A stretch of DNA of 64,000 bases from Candidatus Latescibacterota bacterium (GTDB lineage Bacteria; Latescibacterota; UBA2968; UBA8231), in the NCBI GenBank assembly GCA_965242865.1, contig CBDETK010000013.1, forward strand, positions 1,632,001-1,696,000, read 5' to 3'. Made by a program: the position numbers and the translations under genes. The notes beneath the pieces are model-generated. The model was not told where the DNA came from. It saw only the letters and a list, made by a program, of their open reading frames with translations, and did not search any database. This document shows positions 44,228 to 53,539 of the stretch, piece after piece; the first letter of the stretch is position 1, and the number at the start of each line of letters is the position of its first letter.

Positions 44228-44554
44228 ATGGTGAGTAACACGTTCAATCGCATTCGGGTGCTGATTTCCGGGGGCAGTGTCCGAATTTCGGAGCACGGAT
44301 ACGACAAACTAGCTGCTGAGGGATTACTTGCAAGGGAACTCGTCAAAGGGGCAGAAACCGCGGAATTGATTGAGGATTATCCGGCCTATCCCAAAGGACC
44401 GTGCGTTCTGCTGCTTCAACGAACGGAGGACGGGCGCTCGGTTCACACTGTATGGGGACTGCCCGCTGGCCACACGAGCCCAGCAGTGTTGGTTACAGCG
44501 TACTTACCTGATCCCGAAAAATGGGAATCTGGCTTCAAGCGGAGGCGAAAATGA
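44228..44554 (+). CDS. DUF4258 domain putative toxin
   Basis: RISEHG...IEDYP...PCVLLL...VHTVWG...LVTAYLPDPEKW; GGAAGG RBS. Confidence 0.82.
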   Translation: MVSNTFNRIRVLISGGSVRISEHGYDKLAAEGLLARELVKGAETAELIEDYPAYPKGPCVLLLQRTEDGRSVHTVWGLPAGHTSPAVLVTAYLPDPEKWESGFKRRRK

Positions 44555-44766
44555 ATAAGAGGGAATGGACGAAGCTCGTTCACGAGGGAAACTATGTTGC
44601 AGCAGTTGACGTAGAGCTACTAGAAGAGCCTGAAGGATGGTCCCCGTACCTTTCTCTTGAAGACGCATATCGTCTCGACGATGTGCGAGAGGCTCTGCGT
44701 CGAGGGGACATTAAGACCGCTGCAAAATACTCGCGCGTGTTCAGTCTCACGCCTATCTCCGTGTAA
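44551..44766 (+). CDS. Small acidic partner of DUF4258 (putative antitoxin)
   Basis: ATGA overlap with DUF4258; KLVHEGNYVAAVDVEL...WSPYLSLEDAYRLDDVREALRRGD. Confidence 0.7.
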   Translation: MNKREWTKLVHEGNYVAAVDVELLEEPEGWSPYLSLEDAYRLDDVREALRRGDIKTAAKYSRVFSLTPISV

Positions 44767-44795
44767 AGCCACATAACCTGTCGTTTAGAAGAACC

Positions 44796-45770
44796 ATGTT
44801 CAAAGCACTCGTCTTACATCAGCCCTCAGCCCTCATTGAGGAACTCGACGAAAGCCGCCTCCCCCAAGGCGACGTAGAAATCGCCGTTGCGTACTCCTCG
44901 CTCAATTATAAGGACGGGATGATTCTCAACGGCTTGGGCGGCTTGGTCAAAACCTATCCCCACGTCCCCGGCATTGATCTCGCCGGCACCGTCGTCCACA
45001 GCCAAAGCGATCGGTTCCAGCCCGGCGACCAAGTTATATGCACGGGCTGGCGCGTCGGCGAAACCCACTGGGGCGGCTACGCGCAAAAGGCGCGGCTCAA
45101 GGCCGAGTGGCTCGTGCCCCTGCCCGCCGGTCTGACCTTGCGTACCGCCATGGGCTTGGGCGCGGCCGGCCTGACCGCGGCGATTTCCATAGAAAGACTC
45201 GAAGCGCACGGGCTCGCGCCGGACCAAGGCGAAGTCCTCGTCACGGGCGCGGCCGGCGGCGTGGGCTCCTGCTCGGTTCTGCTGCTCGCCGCGCTGGGCT
45301 ACCCAGTCGCCGCATCTACGGGCCGCCCCGAACTCGAACCCTATCTAAAAGACCTCGGCGCTCAGACCATCATTCCGCGCCAAGCCTTGGCCGAGCCATC
45401 CAACAAGCCGTTGGAAAGTGCGCGCTGGGCCGCCTGCATCGACTCGGTCGGCGGCACTACTTTGGCCCGCGTCTTGGCCCAGATGGCCTACGGAGGTTCG
45501 GTCGCTGCGGTGGGCTTAACCGGCGGCGCGCAACTGGCAACCACCGTCATCCCCTTCTTGCTGCGCGGGGTCAACATCCTCGGCATCGACTCGGTCTTCT
45601 ACCCCATTGAGCGTCGAGAGCCCGCTTGGGCGCGCTTGGCGGCCGAACTGCCCTTGGAAAAATTAGATCGCCTCTGCACGGAGGTCGGTTTAGCCGACGT
45701 CCCCCGCCTCGGCAAGGACATCTTGGCGGGCCAAGTGCAGGGCCGCGTCATCGTCAATCCCAATGATTGA
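44796..45770 (+). CDS. MDR-family oxidoreductase, YhdH/AcuI (acryloyl-CoA reductase-like)
   Basis: YSSLNYKD, PHVPGIDLAG, VLVTGAAGGVGS, PFLLRGVNILGIDSV. Confidence 0.9.
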   Translation: MFKALVLHQPSALIEELDESRLPQGDVEIAVAYSSLNYKDGMILNGLGGLVKTYPHVPGIDLAGTVVHSQSDRFQPGDQVICTGWRVGETHWGGYAQKARLKAEWLVPLPAGLTLRTAMGLGAAGLTAAISIERLEAHGLAPDQGEVLVTGAAGGVGSCSVLLLAALGYPVAASTGRPELEPYLKDLGAQTIIPRQALAEPSNKPLESARWAACIDSVGGTTLARVLAQMAYGGSVAAVGLTGGAQLATTVIPFLLRGVNILGIDSVFYPIERREPAWARLAAELPLEKLDRLCTEVGLADVPRLGKDILAGQVQGRVIVNPND

Positions 45771-45795
45771 CTTGGGATTCCTGCTATCTTAAACT
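45767..45795 (+). promoter_or_regulatory. Sigma70-type promoter candidate for the wHTH-TIR module
   Basis: TTGACT-17 bp-TAAACT; the -35 overlaps the stop codon of the upstream gene. Confidence 0.55.
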
Positions 45796-45818
45796 CAAGT
45801 ACACAAAAGGAGTTTAGA

Positions 45819-46130
45819 ATGCCCATAGACAACCAATATTTGATGGATTTGCCTGAGATATACCGCGCTATCCTTGCGGCCTATCCCCGTTTCGACTCGA
45901 TGCGCAAGGTTGGCTATGGCTTGTCGTACCAGTCTTTGTATTCAGCATTGGAAGGTCAGTACACTCCCGGCCAGATTATGACGGCATGTAAAAACATGGC
46001 GGATGGAAAAGTTATGCAGATCAAGCAGCGGATATTCGCTTGTCCGACGCCCCTTGGCGAAGAACTCATTGCTGCGATTACGGGTAACTCCATACCTGAG
46101 CAGGAAGTTCCTCCTTTTAATCCTCCCTAA
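45819..46130 (+). CDS. Hypothetical protein, possible winged helix
   Basis: AAGGAG RBS; lower GC; helix-turn-helix-like spacing ending in PTPLGEELI. Confidence 0.65.
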   Translation: MPIDNQYLMDLPEIYRAILAAYPRFDSMRKVGYGLSYQSLYSALEGQYTPGQIMTACKNMADGKVMQIKQRIFACPTPLGEELIAAITGNSIPEQEVPPFNPP

Positions 46131-46149
46131 TTAAACCCCTTATCCTATA

Positions 46150-46767
46150 ATGATCGGTGATTGGAAAATCCGCCATTTGCCGCGGTGTACCCATCATGTA
46201 TTTCTCTCGCATTGTGCTGAAGATCGAGATCGTCTGGTACTACCTGTGTACAATGCCTTAAAAGACAGCCAGTACTCGCCGTGGCTCGATCAACATCACT
46301 ACCCAAGAGGTCGGGATCCTTTTGCTGCACTTCGAGAGAAAATTATACACTGTCGTCACGTTGTATATTTTGTTACAGCAAAGTTTCTCGCGCAGGGACG
46401 GGGATGGAATAGCACCGAAAGAGCCTATTCAAATCTGCTTCAGAAAAACCTGCATTTTCGGTTGGAACTGTGCCATATCCAATTCCCCTTATTCTTTATG
46501 CCTCGAAGTCATGCGATCCTACAGAGATCGGCATGGGAACCTCTTGTTCAATATGGGCGGTTTTATAAACCGGGACGAGTGGACAGTGGGGCGGTGAAAT
46601 GGGCGACTAGAGAAATTACAGCCTTCATTAGACAAGAGGAAAAGGACGGGGCATTTCTGGCGGCTCAAGTTCAGCACGATCCCGATTTCCGGCTATTGTT
46701 CAAAAAAGAAAAAAACTTACTACGGAGGATCATGTGCGCGGATCCTCTGCCTGATGCTCTAAACTGA
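46150..46767 (+). CDS. TIR domain protein
   Basis: HVFLSHCAEDR, PWLD, VVYFVTAKFL, GWNSTE (W-x3-E); low GC. Confidence 0.8.
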   Translation: MIGDWKIRHLPRCTHHVFLSHCAEDRDRLVLPVYNALKDSQYSPWLDQHHYPRGRDPFAALREKIIHCRHVVYFVTAKFLAQGRGWNSTERAYSNLLQKNLHFRLELCHIQFPLFFMPRSHAILQRSAWEPLVQYGRFYKPGRVDSGAVKWATREITAFIRQEEKDGAFLAAQVQHDPDFRLLFKKEKNLLRRIMCADPLPDALN

Positions 46768-46852
46768 TCAACCCAATCACTAACGGACGTTGCGGATCGT
46801 CGCTTGGGGCCGGGCCGTGCGTCTATCGCCTATAACGAGAGGAAACCGCACC

Positions 46853-47836
46853 ATGCGCCGACTCACGCTTCTACTGCTCACGCTAACAGCCATCCAAGCA
46901 GGAGCCGACTCCACCATGCCCGGCACCGACCGCATCCCCTACTTCGGCTACGAGGACTGCATCCTCCTCGAAAACGCCCACACCCGCGTCGTCCTCACCT
47001 CGTCGGCCGGCCGCATCCTCGAATACTCGCGCAAAGGCCCCAACGCCATTTACCTCGACCCGGCGCAAGAAGGCGCGACCTTTGAGGGCGGCGCCCCACC
47101 GTTTGGCCCGACGGGCGGCCGCCTCGACATCGGCCCGGAAATGGTCATCCCCGCTCATCCCGACCTCTGGCTCGGGCGGTGGGAAAGCCAAATCACCGGC
47201 CCGCGCTCGGCGCGCCTGATCAGCAAAAAGGACGCGCCCACCGGCGTCCAACTCATCCGCGACTTTGAGCTCGCCGCGCACTCCACGCACTTGCGAGTCA
47301 CCCAAACCATCAAAAACGTCTCCGACCGCGAAAAACACTGGGGGCACTGGAGCCGCACCTTTGGCACTGGCGGCGGCATCGTGCTCATTCCCCTGACGCC
47401 TGCGAGCCGCTTCCCGGCCTCCTATGTCATGTACGGCCCCGGCCCGGTCATCAACTACCGGCCCGAAGACCCCAATATCCGCATCCGCGACAACTTCCTC
47501 GAAATCCTCGCCACGCCGCTTCGCCCCAAGCTCGGCATGGACTCGCAGGCCGGGTGGTTCGCGTACCTCGACCGCAACGACCTGCTGTGGGTCAAGCGCT
47601 ATCCCGTGTATCCCGACCGCCCCTACGGCGAACTGGCCGGGCTGACGATCTCGATCTGGTATTACCAAGACCTGATGTGCGAGCTGGAGCCGATTGGGCC
47701 GCGAGAGAACATTCCCCCGGGCGGCGAAGCCTCCTTCACCGAGGATTGGTGGCTCCTGCCCTACACCTATCCCCACGACGGCCGCGCCCTCGACCTCGAA
47801 GCCATCAGCGCATTCGTGGAGCGAGGGGCGCGGTGA
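46853..47836 (+). CDS. Secreted galactose-mutarotase-like fold protein (DUF4380-like)
   Basis: Signal peptide; GRILEY, GGR...GPE, VTQTIKN, HWSRT, CELEPIGP, FTEDW. Confidence 0.6.
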   Translation: MRRLTLLLLTLTAIQAGADSTMPGTDRIPYFGYEDCILLENAHTRVVLTSSAGRILEYSRKGPNAIYLDPAQEGATFEGGAPPFGPTGGRLDIGPEMVIPAHPDLWLGRWESQITGPRSARLISKKDAPTGVQLIRDFELAAHSTHLRVTQTIKNVSDREKHWGHWSRTFGTGGGIVLIPLTPASRFPASYVMYGPGPVINYRPEDPNIRIRDNFLEILATPLRPKLGMDSQAGWFAYLDRNDLLWVKRYPVYPDRPYGELAGLTISIWYYQDLMCELEPIGPRENIPPGGEASFTEDWWLLPYTYPHDGRALDLEAISAFVERGAR

Positions 47837-47851
47837 TCAGATTTTATAGCA

Positions 47852-48103
47852 ATGGAAATGACCGAGAACAAGCCGTATATAGACGCCGATTCCGATGAAG
47901 ACCTGCCGGATCTCGCCACCTCGGAATGGCAGGCAAAGTTTGCCCGCGTCCCGGTTCAGCGAGGCCGACCCAAGACCGCTACGCCCAAAGTATCCACCAC
48001 CATCCGGCTCGATCCCGACGTGTTGGCTGCCTTTAAGGCCGATGGCCCCGGTTGGCAAACGCGGATCAATCAAGCTCTCCGAAAAAGTGCCGGACTAGAG
48101 TAG
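47852..48103 (+). CDS. brnA: BrnA-family antitoxin (no BrnT partner)
   Basis: RGRPK...KVSTTIRLDPDVLAAFKADGPGWQTRINQALRK. Confidence 0.9.
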   Translation: MEMTENKPYIDADSDEDLPDLATSEWQAKFARVPVQRGRPKTATPKVSTTIRLDPDVLAAFKADGPGWQTRINQALRKSAGLE

Positions 48104-48214
48104 GAATGGCCTCGGACAAGTTGCACGTCATCATCGCCAATTGACAGGGATTGGCGGCGTCCATTATGTACTCTGTACCGAATCAACCGCCACCCCGATC
48201 GAGGCAGACTCGCC

Positions 48215-50365
48215 GTGTCCATTCCCTTCGTCCTTTTTGGCCTCCTGCTCATCGCTGCTAGCGCGTTTTCGGCCGACTGGCCTGCTTGGCGCGGCCCGGC
48301 GCAAACCGGCGTCTCCCAAGAAACCGGGCTCGTCGCCTCTTGGTCGCCGGTCTGGCGCGCCGAATTCACCGGCCGCTCAACCCCCATCGTCCTCAAGGGC
48401 CGGGTCTTTGTCATCGGCCGGCGCGGCGAGGGCATCGCCCGCGAGGGGGTCGTGGCCGCCTTTGACGCCCAAGACGGGGCCCTGCTCTGGGAACACCCCT
48501 ACAACATCTTCCACACCACCATCCCCTTCAATCGCGTCGGTTGGGCCAGCCTCACCGGCGACCCAGAGACCGGCTACGTCTATGCCCACACGGTCAGCGG
48601 GCTGTTCTTGTGCTTTGACCGCGATGGCCAAGTCGTCTGGTCGCGCTCGCTGACCGAGGAATTTGGGCGCATCTCCGGCTACGGCGGTCGCGTCCACACC
48701 CCGGTCGTCGATGAAGACCTCGTCATCATCAGCTATCTCAGCTCCAATTGGGGCGAGCACACCCCGGGCCGCCACCGCTACTTCGCCGTTGACAAGCGCA
48801 GCGGCGAAGTGGTCTGGATCGCCACCCCAGGGGGCCGGCCGCTCGACACCACGTACTCGGTGCCGGTCGTCGCCGTCATCAACGGCGTCCGCCTGCTCAT
48901 CGGCGGCAATGCCGACGGTGCTATCTACGCGCTAAAAATCCGCACGGGCGAGGCGGTGTGGGGCTTTAAGCTCAGTCGGCGCGGCATCAACTCCTCGGTC
49001 GTGGTGGCCGGCGACAAGGTGTACGCGGCCCACAGCGAGGAAAACCTCGACAACACCGCCCTCGGCCGCGTCGTGTGCATCAATGCCACCGGCCAAGGCG
49101 ACGTCACCAACACCCACGAGGTCTGGCGTTACGACGGCATCTTTGCCGGTTATAGCAGCCCAATCGTCCACGACGGTCGCTTGTACCTCATCGACAATTC
49201 GGCCAACATCCACGCGCTCGCCGCCGAGACCGGCCAACTACACTGGATCCACAACATCGGCACTGTCGGCAAAGGGTCGCCCGTGCTGGCCGACGGCCGG
49301 CTCTACGCGCCCGAGGTCAACGGTCGCTTCGCGATCGTCGCCCCGCGCCATGCCGACGCTGAGACGCTCGACCTCGCCGAAATTGCCATGCCCGACGGCC
49401 GGCCGGCCGAGCTGTTCGGCTCACCCGCCATAGCCGACGGCCGCATCTACCTTGCAACAGAAGCGGGCCTGTACTGCCTCGGCGACCCCGCGACGCCGTT
49501 CCAAGTCACAGCGACCGGGGCCAGCTACCCGCGCGACCCAGCCCCTCCAAACGCAACCCCGGCGCACCTGCAAATCATTCCCGCCGAAGTAGTGGCCCAG
49601 CCCAAGGCCCGCGTGTCTTTCCGCGCTCAAGCCTTCGACGCGCAGGGCCGCCTGATCGGCCCGGTCGCCGCCCAATGGGTGCTCACCGGCCCGGTCGGCC
49701 AACTCGACGACAACGTGCTCGCCCTCGCGGATGCACCCGGCGGCGGCACAATCACCGCCCGCACCAGCGCATTGACCGCCCAAGCGCGCATTGCCGTGCT
49801 GCCTCCGCCGACCTACCGCGAAGACTTTGAGGGATTCGCCGACGGGGCCTCGCCGGCTTGGATCGGCACGGGCAGCAAATTCAAGGTGGGCGAAGTCGCC
49901 GGCAACAAGGTGTTGGTCAAGCCGCCGGCCGCGCGCGGCTTGCACCGTGCCAACACGTATTTCGGTGCGCCCGACATGGCCGGCTACACCCTCCAAGCCG
50001 ACCTGCTCGGCGCCAAGAAGCGCCGCGCCGTCCCCGACATGGGGCTGATTGCCCAGCGCTACACCCTCGACCTAATGGGCTACCACCAGCAGTTGCAGAT
50101 CCGCACTTGGGCCGCCGAACTGCGCATGGCCCAAACCGTTCCCTTCGCCTTTGAGCCTGACGTCTGGTACACCATGAAGATGCAGGTGGCGATCGAAGGC
50201 GAGGTGGCCCATATCCGCGGCAAGGTCTGGCCCCGCGACGAATCGGAGCCCGCTCGCTGGACCATCCAAGCGGTCGATCCGCGGCCCAACCGCAGCGGCA
50301 GCCCCGGCCTCTACGGCTATTCTCCCGCTGAAATCTACTACGACAACCTGAAAGTTTGGCCATGA
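48215..50365 (+). CDS. Secreted PQQ-like/BamB-type beta-propeller + Ig-like + jelly-roll domain protein
   Basis: GTG start with GAGG RBS; signal peptide then ADWPAWRGP; repeated D..TG...W and SSP blades; QIIPAEV Ig-like segment; YREDFE...WYTMK...GKVWP...G.PGLYG...YYDNLKV tail. Confidence 0.85.
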   Translation: MSIPFVLFGLLLIAASAFSADWPAWRGPAQTGVSQETGLVASWSPVWRAEFTGRSTPIVLKGRVFVIGRRGEGIAREGVVAAFDAQDGALLWEHPYNIFHTTIPFNRVGWASLTGDPETGYVYAHTVSGLFLCFDRDGQVVWSRSLTEEFGRISGYGGRVHTPVVDEDLVIISYLSSNWGEHTPGRHRYFAVDKRSGEVVWIATPGGRPLDTTYSVPVVAVINGVRLLIGGNADGAIYALKIRTGEAVWGFKLSRRGINSSVVVAGDKVYAAHSEENLDNTALGRVVCINATGQGDVTNTHEVWRYDGIFAGYSSPIVHDGRLYLIDNSANIHALAAETGQLHWIHNIGTVGKGSPVLADGRLYAPEVNGRFAIVAPRHADAETLDLAEIAMPDGRPAELFGSPAIADGRIYLATEAGLYCLGDPATPFQVTATGASYPRDPAPPNATPAHLQIIPAEVVAQPKARVSFRAQAFDAQGRLIGPVAAQWVLTGPVGQLDDNVLALADAPGGGTITARTSALTAQARIAVLPPPTYREDFEGFADGASPAWIGTGSKFKVGEVAGNKVLVKPPAARGLHRANTYFGAPDMAGYTLQADLLGAKKRRAVPDMGLIAQRYTLDLMGYHQQLQIRTWAAELRMAQTVPFAFEPDVWYTMKMQVAIEGEVAHIRGKVWPRDESEPARWTIQAVDPRPNRSGSPGLYGYSPAEIYYDNLKVWP

Positions 50366-51786
50366 AAACGACAGCGCAACGCCTGATCCTCATCCTCGTC
50401 CTAACCGCTTCCGCGAGCGCCCAAACCGCCATGTGGGGCGGCTCGCCCGGGCGCAACCAAGCCTCGGGCGAGAAAAACCTGCCCACCGTTTGGGATGTCG
50501 AGACCGGGGCCAACGTCAAGTGGCGGGCCGCGCTCGGCTCGCAGACCTACGGCGGCCCCTTGATCGCTGGCGACAAAATTTTCGTCGGCACCAACAACCA
50601 AGCCGAGCGTGACCCCAGCCACCAAGGCGACCGGGGCGTGATCATGGCCTTTTCCTTAGAGGACGGCTCGTTCCTCTGGCAAATCGCCCATCCCAAGCTG
50701 CCGGCCGGCCGCGTCAACGACTGGCCTCAGCAGGGCGTTTGCTCCACCCCTTACATCGCTGGCGACCGCCTCTACTACGTCTCCAACCGCGCCGAAATCC
50801 TGTGCCTCGACACCGAGGGCTTTCGCGACGGCGAGAACGACGGCCCGATCACGGACGAACCCGCCACCGCGCCGACCAACGCGGATCTCATCTGGAAGTT
50901 CGACATGATCGCCGAGTTGGACGTCTTTCCCCACAACCTCGCGACCAGCTCGCCCCTCGGGGTGGATGGCCGGCTCTTCGCCTTGACCAGCAACGGCGTC
51001 GATGAGAGCCACATCCACATCCCCGCTCCCTTTGCCCCCAGCTTCATCGCCCTCGACCTGCAAACCGGCCACCTGCTCTGGGAGAGTGCCTTGCCCGGCG
51101 ACCGGATTCTGCACGGCCAATGGTCCAATCCCGCGTATGGCGAGGCCGCCGGCCGCCAGCAGGTAATTTTCCCCGGCGGCGACGGCTGGGTCTATGCCCT
51201 CGCCCCGGACACCGGCGAACTGATCTGGAAATTCGACTGCAACCCCAAGGAATCGGTCTGGGCCTTGGGCGGCCGCGGCACCCGCAACAACCTCGTCTCA
51301 ACCCCGGTCTTTCACGATGGCTTGGTCTATATCGGCGTCGGCCAAGACCCCGAGCACGGCGAGGGCGAAGGGCACCTGTGGGCCATTGACCCCAGCGGCA
51401 CCGGCGACATCACCGCGACCGGCGCGGTCTGGCACGTCGGCGGCAAAGCCTACAACCGCACCATCTCCACCGTGGCCATTGCCGATGGCCTGCTCTACGC
51501 CGCCGACCTGAGCGGCTTCGTCTATTGCCTCGACGCCAAGACCGGCGCCCACCACTGGACGCACGACACCTTGGCCGCAATCTGGGGCTCGCCCTTTGTC
51601 GCCGACGGCAAAATTTACATCGGCGACGAGGACGGCGATGTCGAGGTGCTCAAGGCCGGCAAAACGCTCACCGTGCTGCACGAGACCAATCTGGGCAGCG
51701 CCGTGTACACCACTCCGGTCGCCCGCGACGGCGTGCTCTACATTGCCTCGCGCAACACCCTCTTCGCCATCGCAGCGAGCCAATGA
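50362..51786 (+). CDS. Secreted PQQ-like/BamB-type beta-propeller protein
   Basis: ATGA overlap; signal peptide; MWGGSPGRN, NVKWRAALGSQTYGGP, multiple propeller blades. Confidence 0.88.
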   Translation: MKTTAQRLILILVLTASASAQTAMWGGSPGRNQASGEKNLPTVWDVETGANVKWRAALGSQTYGGPLIAGDKIFVGTNNQAERDPSHQGDRGVIMAFSLEDGSFLWQIAHPKLPAGRVNDWPQQGVCSTPYIAGDRLYYVSNRAEILCLDTEGFRDGENDGPITDEPATAPTNADLIWKFDMIAELDVFPHNLATSSPLGVDGRLFALTSNGVDESHIHIPAPFAPSFIALDLQTGHLLWESALPGDRILHGQWSNPAYGEAAGRQQVIFPGGDGWVYALAPDTGELIWKFDCNPKESVWALGGRGTRNNLVSTPVFHDGLVYIGVGQDPEHGEGEGHLWAIDPSGTGDITATGAVWHVGGKAYNRTISTVAIADGLLYAADLSGFVYCLDAKTGAHHWTHDTLAAIWGSPFVADGKIYIGDEDGDVEVLKAGKTLTVLHETNLGSAVYTTPVARDGVLYIASRNTLFAIAASQ

Positions 51787-52859
51787 GCGCTGCGCCCGAC
51801 GCCATCGCGGCCGCTCGCCACGCCCTTGACGCCCATGTCCGCGCCCTTGTCGAGTGGCACTTCAGCCCCGAGACCGGCTGTCCGTTTTGGCTTTCCCACG
51901 CCCAGCGGCTCGGCTTTGACCCACGCGAGCAAATTCGCTCCTACGCCGACTTGGCCCGGCTCGGCCACTTTGAGGACGAGTGGCTGCGCGGCGGCCCGGT
52001 GCGCCAGTGGGTGCCCAAAGCCTACGCGGACGAGCCGATCTACGTGTTTGAGACCGGCGGCTCAACCGGCCTGCCCAAATACCGCGTCAACATCCGCGAC
52101 TTCCAAACCGACTACGCGCTCTACAGCGAGAGCCTGTCTGAGGAGGGTTTCCCCAAGGGGGCCGACTGGCTGATGCTGGGGCCTTCGGGACCGCGCCGCC
52201 TGCGTCTGGCCATTGAATACTTGGCCCAGCACCGCGGCGGCTTGTGCTTCATGGTCGATCTCGACCCGCGCTGGGTCAACGAACTCATTCGCGCTGGCGA
52301 GATGCGTGCGCTGGAAGTCTATAAGGCTCATGTCGTCGATCAGGCGCTCAAAATCCTCAAGGCCCACGACAACGTGCAGTGCGTGTTCACCACCCCCCGG
52401 CTCCTCGAAGCCCTCTGCGAAAAAGTCTCCCTGCCCAAGCTGGGCATTAAGGGCGTCTTCTGCGGCGGCACGGAAATGAACGCCCAGTTCCATCGCTTCG
52501 CCCGCGAGGAGCTGGTGCCCGGCCTCGCCTTTGTGCCCACCTACGGCAACACCCTGATGGGCTTGGCCTGCCCCAAGCCCTTTGACCCGGCCGACGAGTA
52601 CGCCATCACGTATTACCCGCCGCAGCCCCGCGCCGTCATCGAGTTGGTCGATCCCCACGATCCCGCACGCAAGGTCGGCTACGGCGAGACCGGCCAAGTC
52701 ATGCTCACCACCCTGACCAAGGAGTTTTTCATGCCTCGCTTTCTCGAGCGCGACGAAGCCGAACGCGCCGCGCCCATCGCCGCGTATCCTTGGGACGGGG
52801 TCAAAGACCTGCGGCTGCTGACGGAGTTGCAGGAGGCCGTGGTGGTGGGAGTGTATTGA
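51783..52859 (+). CDS. GriC/EhpF-like truncated adenylate-forming enzyme (LuxE/phenylacetate-CoA ligase fold)
   Basis: ATGA overlap; WHFSPETGCPFWL, FETGGSTGLPK (A3/P-loop), GPSGP, DLDPRWV, FTTP, GGT, YGNTL, ERD; 358 aa, lacking the C-terminal ANL subdomain. Confidence 0.75.
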   Translation: MSAAPDAIAAARHALDAHVRALVEWHFSPETGCPFWLSHAQRLGFDPREQIRSYADLARLGHFEDEWLRGGPVRQWVPKAYADEPIYVFETGGSTGLPKYRVNIRDFQTDYALYSESLSEEGFPKGADWLMLGPSGPRRLRLAIEYLAQHRGGLCFMVDLDPRWVNELIRAGEMRALEVYKAHVVDQALKILKAHDNVQCVFTTPRLLEALCEKVSLPKLGIKGVFCGGTEMNAQFHRFAREELVPGLAFVPTYGNTLMGLACPKPFDPADEYAITYYPPQPRAVIELVDPHDPARKVGYGETGQVMLTTLTKEFFMPRFLERDEAERAAPIAAYPWDGVKDLRLLTELQEAVVVGVY

Positions 52860-52874
52860 AAGGAGTAAGTAAAG

Positions 52875-53150
52875 ATGGCCAGAGTTCAGTTAGTGATCCC
52901 CGACGAAGACCGCGACCGCTTCGTCCATCAGGCGCAGCGCGAAGGTATGACCTTGAGCGCGTGGCTCAGGGCCGCCGCCCGCCGACGGCTCGAAGAACAG
53001 CAGCAGTCCCACCCCTTCAAATCGCCAGCCGACCTTGAGAAATTCTTCAGTGCCTGCGACGCATTGGAAGGCCCTAGGCGAGAACCGGATTGGCAAGAAC
53101 ACTTGGCCGTCATCGACGAATCGCGAAAACGGAACGCATTCAAGACGTGA
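52875..53150 (+). CDS. RHH-type antitoxin (VapB-like)
   Basis: MARVQLVIPDEDRDRFVHQAQREGMTLSAWLRAAA; AAGGAG RBS; GTGA-coupled to a PIN gene. Confidence 0.78.
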   Translation: MARVQLVIPDEDRDRFVHQAQREGMTLSAWLRAAARRRLEEQQQSHPFKSPADLEKFFSACDALEGPRREPDWQEHLAVIDESRKRNAFKT

Positions 53151-53539
53151 TCTTTGTCGATACCAACATCTTCATGTACGCAGTGGGCCGACCGCATCCC
53201 CTCCGCGATCCAGCGCGGGAATTCTTCGCCGAATGCATCCGATCCCACACTTCTCTGTGTACATCGGCAGAGGTGCTGCAGGAGCTGGCCCATGCCTACC
53301 TGCCGGTTGCACGGGCGCAGACGCTCGATGCCGCCCTAGCACTGATAGCCAAGTCCCGCGTGGAGGTGTGGCCGCTAGAACAGGAGGATGTCACCCTAGC
53401 GCGGCAACTCCACGAACAGTATCCCACTGTAGGTGCCAGAGACCTATGCCACCTAGCTAGCTGCCGCCGACGCGGCGTGAACGAGATCCGGACCTTTGAT
53501 CAGGCCCTCAGAACCGTCGTCGGTTGGGCTGTAGGGTGA
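53147..53539 (+). CDS. vapC: VapC/PIN-domain toxin
   Basis: MIFVDTNIFMYAVG, TSAEVLQEL, ARDLCHLA, TFD: four acidic PIN residues. Confidence 0.9.
   Translation: MIFVDTNIFMYAVGRPHPLRDPAREFFAECIRSHTSLCTSAEVLQELAHAYLPVARAQTLDAALALIAKSRVEVWPLEQEDVTLARQLHEQYPTVGARDLCHLASCRRRGVNEIRTFDQALRTVVGWAVG

Noticed and set aside
47837-47860. tatagcaat before brnA as an IS630/MITE end or brnT remnant
   Set aside because: Only 9 bp match and no partner end.
48141-48170. TTGACA promoter for the large operon
   Set aside because: Perfect -35 but no convincing -10 at 16-18 bp spacing.
52835-53539. Possible duplicated gene-end scar around vapBC, as at 14588/15562
   Set aside because: Similarity between the griC-like 3' end and the vapC 3' end is gapped and low-complexity.
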